Below are positions 22,860 through 34,719 of a stretch of DNA of 64,000 bases, piece after piece. The DNA is taken from assembly GCA_024137785.1 (NCBI GenBank), contig JAHRHZ010000002.1:4297329-4361328 (forward strand), in the 5' to 3' direction. The translations under genes and the position numbers were made by a program. Position 1 is the first letter of the stretch. Each line of letters opens with the position of its first letter. The stretch is from Ginglymostoma cirratum. Lineage: Eukaryota. The notes beneath the pieces are model-generated. The model saw only the letters and a program-made list of their open reading frames with translations, was not told the origin of the DNA and made no database searches.

Positions 22860-25660
22860 ATTTGATTTATTATTGTTACATGTACTGAGATACAGTGAAA
22901 AGTATTGTTTTGCGTGCTATCCAGGCAAATCGTACCTTATCAGGGAACATCAGGGAAATAGAACAGTTGCAGAATATAGTGTTACAGCTACAGAGAAGGT
23001 GGAGAGAAAGATCAACCTTAATATATGAGAGATCTGTTCATGACTATGATAACAATGGGGAAGAAGCTGTTCTTCACTCTTTTGGTACACTTTTTCAAAC
23101 TTTTGTATCTTCTGACTGATGGAAGAGGGTGGAAGAGAGTGTAACGAGTTGTGCAGAGCCTTAGATTATGTTGTAGAGCTGGATGAACGCAGCAGGCCAA
23201 GCAGCATAAGAGGAGCAGGAAAGCTAATGTTTCGGGCCTAGACCCTTCTTCAGAAATGATGGAAGGGAAGGGGGTTCTGAAATAAATAGGGAGAGAGGGG
23301 GAGGCAGATAGAAGATGGATAGCGGAGAGGATAGGTGGACAGGAGACAGACAGGTCAAAGAGGCGGGGATGGAGCCAGTAAAGGTGAGTGTAGGTGGGGA
23401 GGTAGGGAGGGGATAGGTCAGTCCAGGGAGGACGGACAGGTCAAGGGAGCTGGAAGAGGCTAGAAGATGGGGGTGGGACTTGAGGTGGGAGGAAGGACAG
23501 GTTCGGGAAGCGGGGACAAGCTGGGCTGGTTTTGGGATGCGGTAGGGGGAAGGGAGATTTTGAAGCTTGTGAAGTTCACATTGATAACATTGGGCTGCAG
23601 GGTTCCCAAGTGGAATATGATTTGCTGTTCCTGCAATCTTCGGGTGGCATCATTGTGGCACTGCAGGAGGCCCAGGATGGACATGTCATCTGAGGAATGG
23701 GAGGGGAAGTTGAAATGGTTCGTGACTGGGAGGTGCAGTTGTTTGGTGCGAACCGAGTGTAGGTGTTCTACAAAGTGATCCCCAAGCCTCCACTTGGTTT
23801 CCCCGATGTAGAGGAGACCACAACGGGAACAGCGGATGCAGTATACCACATTGGCAGATGTGCAGGTGAACATCTGCTTGATGTGGAAAATCTTCTTAGG
23901 GCGTGGGATGGGGGTGAGGGGGGAGGTGTAGGGGCAGGTGTAGCACTTCCTGCAGTTGCAGGGAAAGGTGCCGGGTGTGGTGGGGCTGGAGGGGAGTGTG
24001 GAGCAGACAAGGGAGTCCCGGGGAGAGTGGACCCTCCGGAAAGCAGTTAAGGGTGGAGAGGGAAAAATGTCTTTGGTGGTGGGGTCGGATTGCAGATGGT
24101 GGAAGTGTTGGAGGATGATGCATTGGATCCGGAGGTTAGTGGGGTGGTACGTGAGGATGAGGGAGATTCTGTTTTGGTTGTTATTGCGGGGACGGGGTGT
24201 GAGGGATGAGTTGTGGGAAATGCAGGAGACATGGTCGAGGGCGTTCTCGACCACTGTGGGGGGGAAGTTGCGGTCCTTGAAAAACGAGGACATCTGAGAT
24301 GTATGGGAGTGAAATGCCTCATCCTGGGAGCAGATGCGGCGGAGGCAAAGGAATTGGGAATAAGGGATGGCATTTTTGCAGGAAGGTGGGTGGGAGGAGG
24401 TGTATCCTAGGTAGCTGTGGGAGTTAGTGGGCTTGAAATGGATATCGGTTTCGAGGTGGTTGCCAGGGATGGAAACAGAGAGGTCCAGGAAGGAGAGAGA
24501 GGTATTGGAGATGGTCCAGGTGAACTTAAGGTTGGAGTGGAAGGTGTTGGTGAAGTGGATGAACTGTTCGAGCTCCTCGTGGGAGCACAAGTCGGCGCCG
24601 ATACAGTCATCAATGTAACGGAGGAAGAGGTGGGGTTTAGGGCCAGTGTAGGTACAGAAGAGTTGATTGTTCCATGTAACCTACAAAGAGGCAGGCTTGG
24701 CTTGGGCCCATGCGGGTACCGATGGCCACCCCCTTTGTCTGTGCAAAGTGGGAGGAATTGAAAGAGTTGTTGAGGGTGAGGACGAGTTAGGCTAAGTGGA
24801 TGAGGGTGCCAGTGGAGGGGGACTGGTCGGGCCTGAGGGACAGGAAGAAGCGGACGACCTTTAGGCCATCTGTATGTATCTGCAGGTGTATAGGGACTGG
24901 AAGTCCATGGTAAAGATGAGGTGTTGGGGACCGGGGAATTGGAAATTTTGGAGTAGGTGAAGGGCGTGGGTGGTATCATGGATGTAGGCAGGGAGTTTCT
25001 GGACCAAGGGGGAGAAAATGGAGTTGAGATAGGTGGAGATAAGTTCGGTGGGGCAGGAGCAGGCGGAGACAATGAGTTGACCAGGGCATTCAGGTTTGTC
25101 CTTCCCAAAATCCACAAACCTGATGCTGCTTGGCCTGCTGAGTTCATCCAGCTCTATACCTTGTTATCTCAGATTCTCCAGCAACTGCAGTACCTACTAT
25201 CTTTGATTATGTTGACAGCTTCCCTGAGGCAGCGGAAAGTATAGATGGAGTCTATATAATGGATGGAAGGCTGGTTTGTGTGATGGACTTGACTGTGTTC
25301 ACAACACTGTAATTTCTTGCGGTCTTGGACACAGCCATTGCCATACCAAGCTGTGATACATCTGGATAGGATGTTTTCTGTGCTGCATCTATAAAAATTT
25401 GTCAGAGTGATTGTGGACGTGCCGAATTTTGTTAGCCTTCTGTAGACGTAGAGATGTTGGTGAGCTTTCTTAACCAAGTGGATGGACCAGGACAGATTGC
25501 TGGTGATATTTATTCCTGGGAAATTGAAGTTCTCGACCACCTCCACCTCAGCACCATTGGTACAGACAGGGGCATGTCCTCCTCTCTGCTTTCTGAAGTG
25601 GATAATCAGCTCTTTCATTTTGCTGACATTGAGGGAGAGATTGTTGTCTTTACATTGTGC
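22860..25660 (-). mobile_element. Rex1/Babar-type LINE interrupted by a Penelope element
   Basis: ORF 25169-25678: NNLSLNVSKMKELIIHFRK, LTNFYRCSTENILSRCITAWYGN; continues at 23170-22860 (KNSFFP and a tgatt-repeat tail). Confidence 0.88.
23174..25204 (-). mobile_element. Penelope-like element with inverted terminal piece and 10-bp TSD
   Basis: Open 376-aa ORF 23460-24590 (RT C-terminus plus VVYCIRCSRCGLLYIGETK GIY-YIG); TSD GATTATGTTG at 23164-23173 and 25205-25214; inverted segment ~25100-25204; hammerhead at ~23225-23253. Confidence 0.95.
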
Positions 25661-26890
25661 AGTTAAACTCTCTACCACTTTCTGTGGCAGAGAATTTCAC
25701 AGACTCACCACTCTCTGGATAATGAAATTTCTGCTCATCTCAGGACTAAGTGATTTACCTTGTATCCTTAGACTATCACCCTGGTGCTGGACTCCCCAGT
25801 CTTTCGAAACACTTTTCTCGTATTTACCCTGTAATAGTCCTGTTAGAATTTTATAGGTTTCTATAAGATCCGACTCATTCTTTTAAATCCTAGTGAATAT
25901 GATCCTAACTGACTCAATCTCTCCTTCAATGCCAGTCCTGCCATTCCAGAAATCATTCTGGCCAACCTTTGTACACTCCCCCTAGCCAGAACATGTTTCC
26001 TCAGATAAGGTGACCAAAACCGCACACAATATTCCAGGTCTGGTCTCACCAAGGCACTGTATAATTGTAGCAAGACATCTCTGCTCCTGTATTCAAATCC
26101 TCTCACTATGAAAGTCAACATACCATTTGTCTTCTTAACTACCTGGGGACTTACTTTCAGTGACTTGTGTACAAGAGCACCCTGGTCTCATTGCATATTC
26201 CCCCTTCTCAATCCATTGCCAATCAGATAATAATCCACCCTCCTATTTTCGCCACCAACGTGGAGAACCTCACATTAATCCACATTAGATCTGCCATGCA
26301 TCTGCCCACTCATTCAACCTGTCCAAATCACATTGAAGTATCTCTGCATCCTCCTCACAGTTCACCCTCGCACCGACTTTGTGTCTTCTGCAAAGTTGGA
26401 GATATTACATTTAGTCCTCTATCTAAATCATGAACGTATATTTTAAGTAGCTGGGGTTGAAGCTCTGATCCCCACTAGCGATACCCCACTAGGCACTGCT
26501 CCCAACTGGGAAAAAAATTATTTCTAATGTTTGTTTCCTGACTGCCAGCCAGTTCTCTATCCATGTCAGTACACATGCACTTCCACTTTACGCACTAATC
26601 TCTTATGTAGGATTTTATCAAATGCCTTCTAAAAGTCCAAGGAAACCACACCTACTGGTTCCCATTATCAACTGTGCTAGTTAATATTTGAAGAATTCCA
26701 GTAGATTTGTCAAAAATGATTTGCAAATCCGTGCTGACTCTGATCTTGTCATTGGTTTCTAAGTGCTGTGCTCTTAAATCTTTTGTAACAGATTTTAGCA
26801 TTTTCCCCAATTAACCACCTCTAATTTCTTGTTTCCTCTCTACTTCCTTTTTTAAATAGTGAAGTTACATTAGCCACCCTCCATGGAATT
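25660..26890 (-). mobile_element. CR1 LINE, degraded
   Basis: ORF 25861-26121 LYSALVRPDLEYCVRFWSPY and upstream RT motifs. Confidence 0.9.
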
Positions 26891-26914
26891 GAGAGGATTT
26901 TATGAATTATCTGG

Positions 26915-27835
26915 GGCAGCAATGACCTAGATACTGTCCACAGGTGGGACAGTGTCATTTCATGGAAGACCCAGTTGGTTTGTGGTCAGTTCCTTTTATG
27001 ATGGTGAATCTGTTACTCAGACAAGAACTGACACTACCTTATTTGGACATGATATAATATTGTTTGGAATTGTCTTGTGCTTTGGGCCAAATTCCCAATT
27101 TCATCACATTTTCTCTTTCCAATACAAAACAAAGACGATATGAAATCAGAATAGTGTTGGTGTATGTGTGAGTATGTTTTGAGGGGATGGAGTTTTATTT
27201 GCAATAAACCTGCTTTCACAGTTAAAGCCCATTTTCAGAGCTGCCATGGCGTTGTTTGATGTTGTACATTGCCACTGTAACTTCCCATCACTCTGTCTCA
27301 CTGACATCCACCCCCCCACCTTCTATCGTACCCACTGGGAGATTTTCTTGCCAACCTATTGTCACCCTGCCCAGCCTACCCATCACTGTCAGTGGTTCAG
27401 CTCTTACTGTACTGCTGCACATCCCCTTCCAGAATATCTGCCATGTAAAGAACATGTTGCCATCAGGATTTTATTGAAGGTGATTACATTAATGTCATGG
27501 CACTGGAGCAAACTTGACTAATAATGGCAATATTTTCCTCTCAATGAAAGCTCTCCACCTGCACATATCTTCCACCGCCTGCCCTCCCAGACCACCACAG
27601 TGACAGTGTTCTTCTTATCACCAAGTGAGATGGAGTGTCTGTCAAGGATATTGCTGAACAAAGAGTTGAATAATTCTTTTTGCTGTTCATCAGATCTTTC
27701 CAAAGGGAGTGAGTGAGAGAGAATTTTGTTTTTCCCCTTTTGTTACGTGTAATCAAATTTGATGTTCTTTCGTTGAAAATACACTGCCAGCATTTTGTGA
27801 ACATGTTCATTGACTGACCACCATGGTAGCCAAAC
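26915..27835 (-). pseudogene. PKD1L1-like relic, PKD-domain region
   Basis: NAGSVFST..IKF/NGTVFATDTDITF (27771-27794); SISLGD..WEG..VQVESFH*..IISQV/TVSLG..REG..VEVLAFN..LRQQL (27635-27515); VMKLGI/PVRLGV (~27095-27110); TDHKPT..GQY/DTHRQT..GNY (~26990-26930); acceptor ttttgtttttacag ending at ~27835. Confidence 0.55.
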
Positions 27836-28269
27836 TGTAAAAACAAAACTTACGCTATATCAAGTCGGGTTTCATTTGGAATCTGATGTGTCCAATTTCA
27901 CTGTCAGCTGGGATTATAACACTCTGCTCTGAGTAACTCTTCATTCAATGTGGGTCAAACACCCATCTCAATTTATTCTGCAACCTCTCTTCTATTTCAC
28001 TGACTTCCTTTCCTCCCTTAACCTTTCCTGCCATGTAGATTCTCCCATCCCCATTCATGGCCATCCTTTTGAAGTTGCTGCTCCCCTAACATCTCAACTT
28101 CTACAGATAAGATTATCTCCGATCACTAACTACTCACAATCACGTTATAACTGCTTCCTTCTTAGCTTGAGAGATAGTTACAGCAAGATTGGACCTCACA
28201 GGAAGGGGAGAAGAAGCAATGGAGAAGAAATAAACTGAAAAGTGAGGAAAAAAAACCAAACTATGACAT

Positions 28270-30820
28270 CACAGGTAGGAGGTGAGTTGATTGACTAGTA
28301 TTGTAACTTTGTTTCCCTTTCTTCAAAATTACCAAGTTAGTCTAAGCATCTGGGAAACGGTTTTTTATATAATTAAGTTAAATGAGTCATTTCGGTTAAT
28401 CTTGTATATTTAAGTGATGGCAGAAGAGAGAGGAGAGTAGCTGGTGAGTGTGTTTTCTTCAGTAAGTTTTAATGATAGGACATCTGCAACTCCTGAGTGT
28501 GCATCCCGTTCCACATTGGAACACCAAAGTGCTCCTATGTCCTGGGTAACCTGTCCTGACAACGGCAGAATCTTGAGTTCCAGGTTTCAGAGTTTGTCCA
28601 GCAGTTGGAATCAATGCAGCAAATTCACCAAATTGGGAGTTTCATGGCCAGCACATTTATAGATGAGAATCAGGCAATTATTGCAAGAGTTCTCTGCATA
28701 CATCATCCTTTAACCTATCTTTGTTTCTGAATGCTGGCTGAAGTCATGTTTCATCTGGGACATGCAGCCAGATCCAGTTAGGTCAACAGACACCTGTGCA
28801 GCCGCAGTTGTGACTCCACTAATCATGTATCTTCCCTGGTCCCAGGGTCAAGATCATCATCCTGAGGAGGTAGAGTGAACAGCCAATGATTGTGATCCAC
28901 TTCATTACTACAGCACAGGCAGAAAGAGGGATGTGATCCTGCATTCGTAATTTATGAAACTAGGAAAGAAACTAGCAATCAGGACCTCAAAAAGCATTAA
29001 TCGTCAGATTTCTCCCAGTTCCATGTATAGCATGGAATCTATATCATGTTCCTTTATTCCACATAAAGCGGATAAGTGCATGGCTGGAGAGATGGAGGAG
29101 GATGGAGGGATTTGGACTTTGGAATCTGGGAGAGATGGAATTTGTACCAACTGGACAGATTATACCTAAATGGAGCTGGGACTAGTTTCCTTGCAGAGTT
29201 ATTTGCCAGTGCCAGTGGGGAGACCTTAATCTAACATGGCAAGGGTGTAGGAAGTAGGTGGTAATATCAGAGGGGAATGCCAAGGAACATAGAATATTAG
29301 GAGAGACAGATATTTCTAAATTATGAAATAGTAAGGTAATGTGTGGGTTCAGCATAAGAGACAAAATAATAAAATCTAAATTCAGCTTATTGTACATCTT
29401 TGTGAATGTGAAAAATATGATTGATTACTTTATGGCACAGAGAGCCATGTGGAAATCTGATATTATGATAATAACAGAGACTGGCTCAACAAAGAGTAGA
29501 ATTGAATATTAAATAATCCTGGATACAAAATGTTCAGGAAAGGTATGAAAGGAAAGGATCAGGAAGAGTGGCAGTATAGATTAAGGGAAACACAAATGTG
29601 TGCAAAAATGATGGCCAGAAGGGTCAAGGACAGAATCTATTTGGCTAGATCAAAAGGACAAAAAAATTACAATTACATTTCTCAAGAAACCTATAAGCCA
29701 CCAACTCATTGGAAAGGTGTATAGGAACAAATTTGCATGGAAATGTTCTTATATTATAGAGTAGTTATAATGAGGACTTTAGGATTTTACTAGTACATTC
29801 TTTCACGAGATATTGGTATCACTGTCGAGGCCAGCATCTGTTACTCATCCCTAACTGCCCTTCAACTGAGTGGCTTGCTGGGCCAGTTAAGAGTCAACTT
29901 TAAGAGTCAACTACAGTATTGTGGATCTGGAGTCATATGTAGGATGACAGATTTCATTCCAGAAGGGGCACTAGTGAACCATGTTTTTACAACATTTGCA
30001 TATAGTTGTTATGATCACCATTAGTGAGACTAGCTTTCAACACCAGATTTTATGAGCTAGATTAAAATTCCATGAGGTGCTGGGATGGAATGGAGTTGAA
30101 CTCATGCCCCTAAGATGTTTGCCTAGGCCTCTGGATTACTAGTTAGCATTACACAGTCTTATTTTATCCAATTATAGACTGAAATTGTAGTCGTGTAAAA
30201 GGTCAGAGAGGGGCAGGAGTTCCTAGAGTGCTCAAAAAGATTTCATACACCTAATGGAAAAGGAAGCACTGTCAGACATGGTTCTTGGGAATAAGGTGCC
30301 CAAAGTAAATTAAGTGTCAGTTAGGAGATTGTTGTGGAACAGTAATCATTGCATCATAAAATTTAGGTTGGCTTTGGAAAAGAAGGAATTCAGAGTAAGA
30401 ATTAATAACTAGAGCAGTGTCACTATCTTTGGTATAAGAATGGATCTAAACCAAATAAATTGGAATCAAAGATGGGCAGACAAACTGTAACTGAACAACG
30501 GATCACCTTTATTGAAAAGTTGGTTTGGGCACAGTCTCATGCAGGAGAAAAAAAGGACAAACAAATCCAGAGCTCAATGAGTGGTGAAAGAATAGAGAGA
30601 TGGGGGAGAAAAAATGTGCCAAAACAGATGCCATAAGATAGCACAATTGAGAATTAGACTGGATATTGGAATTAGAATTAGGTTCAGATTTTATTGTCAC
30701 ATACACTCCAGTACAGGAATACGGGAGTACAGTCAAAATATAGAAAGTTCAGTGTGAAATTGAAAAACAAATAAGAGAAACAAAAAGGAGAGTATGAGAA
30801 CAGACAAGCAGCTAACATAA
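28270..30820 (+). mobile_element. Heavily decayed 5' half of a CR1 LINE (ORF1 esterase-like region, ORF2 endonuclease)
   Basis: Remnants such as CLPG.RV.D, IIITET.., LNNPGYKMFRK and GNSNHCIIKF; SINE inserted at ~29770-30150. Confidence 0.6.
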
Positions 30821-30821
30821 A

Positions 30822-31277
30822 GAGTTGACTTGCTCACTGAGTTGGCTTGTTCTTGTTCAGACATTTCGTCACCATGCTAGGGGATATCATCAGTGGAGCC
30901 TCCAATGAAACGATGTTATTCTACTTCGCTTGGAATTTATACTGTTTGGTCCATTATGGTGAGTAGTGTCATTTCTGGTTTTGATCTGTATCTTTTCCAA
31001 AACTTTGAACAAGTCAACAACCTCACCCACAACCTAAGCTACAGATCTTTGCCAAAACTTTGACATACAGATCAAAACCAGAAATGACAGTACTCACCTT
31101 AACATACCAGACAGTATAAATTCCAAGTGGAGTAGAATAACGTCGCTTCATCGGAGGCTCCACTGATGATGTCACCAGGCATGGTCACAAAATGTCTGAA
31201 CGAGCACAAACCAGCTCAGCGAGCAAGTCAGCAACCTCACCCACAACACAAGCTACAGATCTTTGCCAAAACTTTTG
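30822..31277. mobile_element. Non-coding PLE-derived fold-back element with two opposed hammerhead-like motifs
   Basis: 30824-30991 is the reverse complement of ~31065-31232; CTGATGA..GAAA on the minus arm (~30861-30893); TSD AACATAAA at 30814-30821 and 31278-31285. Confidence 0.75.
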
Positions 31278-31389
31278 AACATAAAACTAAATACAGAAGT
31301 CTGTATAGGCACATAAATAGCATGGAGTAAAAGGAGAGATGGTGCTGATTAGAGGCTAAAATGGGAGCTCATACATGGAGGAAGGAGCC

Positions 31390-32360
31390 ATTTGATTCCA
31401 TTTTATTTGATTTATTATTGCTACATGTACCTAAGTACAGTGAAAAGTTTTGTTTTTGTGTGCAGTACAGGCAGATCATAACATACAAAGACCCAAAGAT
31501 CATAGGGTGATTGAATAGAGTGAGGAATACAAAGTTACAGCTGCAAGAAGAGTACAAAAAGCAAGATCAACATTAGATTTGAAATTTGAGAGGTCCATTC
31601 AGAAATCTAATAACAGCGGGGAAGACGCTGTTCTTGAACCTATGATATGTGTGTTTAAGCTTTTCTACCTTCTGCCCGTGTAAGAAGGTGGAAGAAATTA
31701 TAACCAGGGTAGGAGGGGTCTTTCATGATGTTGGCTGCCTTTCCGTGGCAATGGGAAGTGTAGATGGAGTCGATGGTTGGAAGGTTGGTTTGCATGATGG
31801 ATTGGCCTGTGTTCACAATTCTCTGTAGTTTCTTATGGTCCTCGGCAAAACAGTTGCCGTACCAAGCTGTGATGGAATGCTTTCTATAGTGCATCTGTAA
31901 ACATTGGTGAGAGTCCTTATGGACATGCTGAATTTCCTTAGCCTCCTGAGGAAGGGGCATTGTTCTGCCTTCTTGACCACTGCATCAATGTGGGTTGACC
32001 AGGACAGATTGTTGGTGATTGTCACTCTTAGGAACTTGATGCTCTCACCCATCTCCACTTCAGGTCCTTGACATTTCGGGCCTAGACCCTTCATCAGAAG
32101 GGTCTGATGAAGGGTCTAGGCCCAAAATGTCAAGCTTTCCTGCTCCTATGATGCTGCTTGGCCTGCTGTGTTCATCCAGATCCACACCTTGTTATCTCGG
32201 ATTCTCCAGCGTCTGCAGTTCCTATTATCTCTCTCCACTTCAGGTCCATTGATGTAGCGTGCCCTTTTCCTTGCTTCCTGAAGTCAATGATCAGTTCTTT
32301 AGTTTTGCTGATATTGAGGGAGAGATTGTTATCTTTGCATCACGTAACCAAGCGCTCTAT
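31390..32360 (-). mobile_element. Rex1/Babar-type LINE with mini-PLE insertion
   Basis: KFLRVTITNNLSWSTHIDAVVKKA, ITAWYGNC..DHKKLQRIV; tgatt-type tail at ~31391-31412. Confidence 0.88.
32068..32231 (+). mobile_element. 164-bp mini Penelope-derived insertion with a 5' hairpin
   Basis: Perfect 16-bp TSD TCTCCACTTCAGGTCC (32052-32067, 32232-32247); 31-bp inverted arms at 32068-32098 and 32103-32133. Confidence 0.9.
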
Positions 32361-32689
32361 AAGCTAAAAGTGAATTTATTGTGATTTATAAACTTGTACA
32401 GAGAAAGAATAGTTTCTTCCAATCATTCTGCACTTTTAAACTTTAATTATAAGTCTGTAAAAATTACTAACAGTGTTCTCTTAAATTTACTTGCAAGTCT
32501 GAAGGTTCTATGACATCCAAAGCCGAGTATTACCGATACTGGATTCGTAAAACTACCGGCTCCCTGCAGGCCCAATCACAAAGGAACCCGGAACGAGGCC
32601 CAAACTCTAACCCCGCAGAGACCGAGCCTAAGGAGACATGACCAATCCAGGAATGAAACTGGCCCCTGCAGCAACCCAACTCCATCAGG

Positions 32690-34700
32690 CAGAAAGGGCT
32701 GGGCATCCTCCTCAAATTTGTCTCCTAGAGAATTCATCACCATCCTCCACCTGCTGCATGACAGCATGTAAGCAGTGATCCTCAAAAACGCATACACCAC
32801 AAAGCTAATGCATGTGCAAACTGGGGTGAAGCACCAACACTGCTCCATCTTTCTCGTTTTATCAATCCAACCCGTACTCACGAATGGACTGGAGCTTCTC
32901 TACGGGGCAAGTGGGAAACTGTTCAATTTGCATCACGTCCAGTTCAGAATCAAGACGACCCCAACCTCTGTGGCAAGCTGCAGTTAGCAGACCACACTTG
33001 TGTGTGCACATACTCAGAGTCAAACTACAAACTATCGATGTATTCAAAAGTGTGACAATGTAAACTTCACAACTTTATTAATTATCCAAAGATTGAAAGA
33101 ATTGACAAAAGATAAACTGTTACAGACAGAAAGAATCAGCGATAACTCTGGAATAAAATTTTCTTGAGATGGAAGGGGCAACAAGAAACTGTTTTAAAGG
33201 AATTAAAAGCAACATGTGAATTAACTGTCTCTGGGAAGAAACAGCATAAACAAGCTGTTTCCCTGGAGAGGAGATAACAGTGCTTGATAATCTGCTGCCT
33301 CTTGACAAATGGGAAATTAAGGCTGGCTGCCAGAAGTAATGTGGTGAAGTAAAGATGTTAATTGTAGCAAAAGTTGTGTTTTAAACAGACAGCTAACTCC
33401 GAATGTGACAAGGAAAAGGGGAGCTTTTTCTGATGAGATGGCAAGCTACATACTTGAAAGATCTCTGAAAGTGTAATTATGTTGGGGATGAAAGAATCTA
33501 AAGTATATCAATAATGTCACACCACAAACATGAAAGAGAGAAAATTTGTATAAGAATCCAACACCAGATCGAGTCAACAGCAGAACTTCGAAGGAAAACA
33601 ATGCAGAAGGACTGAACCTTGGAAACTTCCGGAGACAGACCACTGTTGGTTGAAAACCTGGCCAGATTTCAACATTAATCGGCTAATAGCTAAGTTGGGT
33701 TGCAAGGCTTATACTTGTTTACTTGAGGGGTCTTATTTTGGTTGTTACATGCAATAAAGTTTAAATGATTGTTTCAGTCCTTGATTGCCTGTGAGATTTC
33801 TTAATAAGTAGCTGAATTAAAGGTAACTTGTGGTTATTTACCCACAACACAGGGCATTATGAAGGAATGAGATTTAGGGTATAAGTCCAGAACAGAAAGG
33901 TTCTTCACATCTTATTCCTATTGGACAACTATGCCCCCTTACTATCAGGATCCATAATGAGCCACCAGACAATGTGGATCAATCCTCATACTTTTGCAGT
34001 CACCTCTCAGTGAGGGCAGACAGTGACTAGGAAATTCACTGTTGGATCCAGTGTGTAGCTCAGATTTTGGTTGCCTGAAGAACAGAGTGCTTGATGATAA
34101 AGACCCCAGACCTGACACCAAAATCAAGTTGTACAGCATAGCAGGAAATGTGTTACATGCCTCCTGCGTATGTTGGAAACATAGACAATGTAGCAGACAT
34201 CCCAAATAACTGGGGAAATATCATCAGCAAAGTCTTCGCAAATCCTGAAAATCACTGCAGGATAAGTTTTCTAATATCAATGACTTCTCTTGGGATACAA
34301 TCCCTAGCATCGAGGTACTGGTTACTATCAATCAGCTGCATTGGTTGATACATGCTGTGCTCATTCCTGAAAATTAACCTCCAAAGCGCTTTACTGCAAG
34401 CTTCATCACAATGAACGACTGCTAGGAGGGCAGAGAAATATTTCAAGGATGTCTGCAATATCCTACCAACTCTTGGGAATCTCTTGTATGAGACTGCCTA
34501 AACTGCAGAAGCATCCGCAGAGGAGGCAACCGTTTTGAGCTTCTCTGACAGGCTGAGATAGAGGACAAGTACAAACAGTGGAAGGAGCAAACACCCAACC
34601 ATCCACCCACCTGACTCATCAAACACGACTTCTCCAGTCAGGATTTATGGATCAACTATTGGACCATTTAATCACATCAGGTTCTACAACACTGGAGTGG
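32690..34700 (+). mobile_element. Old RTE-clade LINE remnant split by a solo LTR
   Basis: FITILHLLHD, VQTGVKH, GLELLYGASGKLFNL, LQLADH (degenerate YADD) at 32690-33050; resumes at ~33960 with FGCLKNRVLDDKD.RPDTKI and IPSIE. Confidence 0.8.
33051..33849 (+). mobile_element. Solo LTR-like insertion
   Basis: TGT...ACA termini, internal AATAAA, interrupts the RTE; its 3' part recurs at ~57975-58137. Confidence 0.6.
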
Positions 34701-34719
34701 TGGAAAGACATCCTCCAGC

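Larger units (their letters stand above)
1350..27835 (-). pseudogene. PKD1L1: Fragmented PKD1L1-like (polycystin-1-like) pseudogene, overall span; pieces separated by TE insertions
   Basis: About ten non-repeat segments give peptide matches, in the correct order, to human PKD1L1 as recalled: PKD domains (27.8-26.9 kb), REJ (13.6-2.5 kb), GAIN/GPS (2.3-1.35 kb). Many stops, frameshifts and deletions. Confidence 0.62.
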
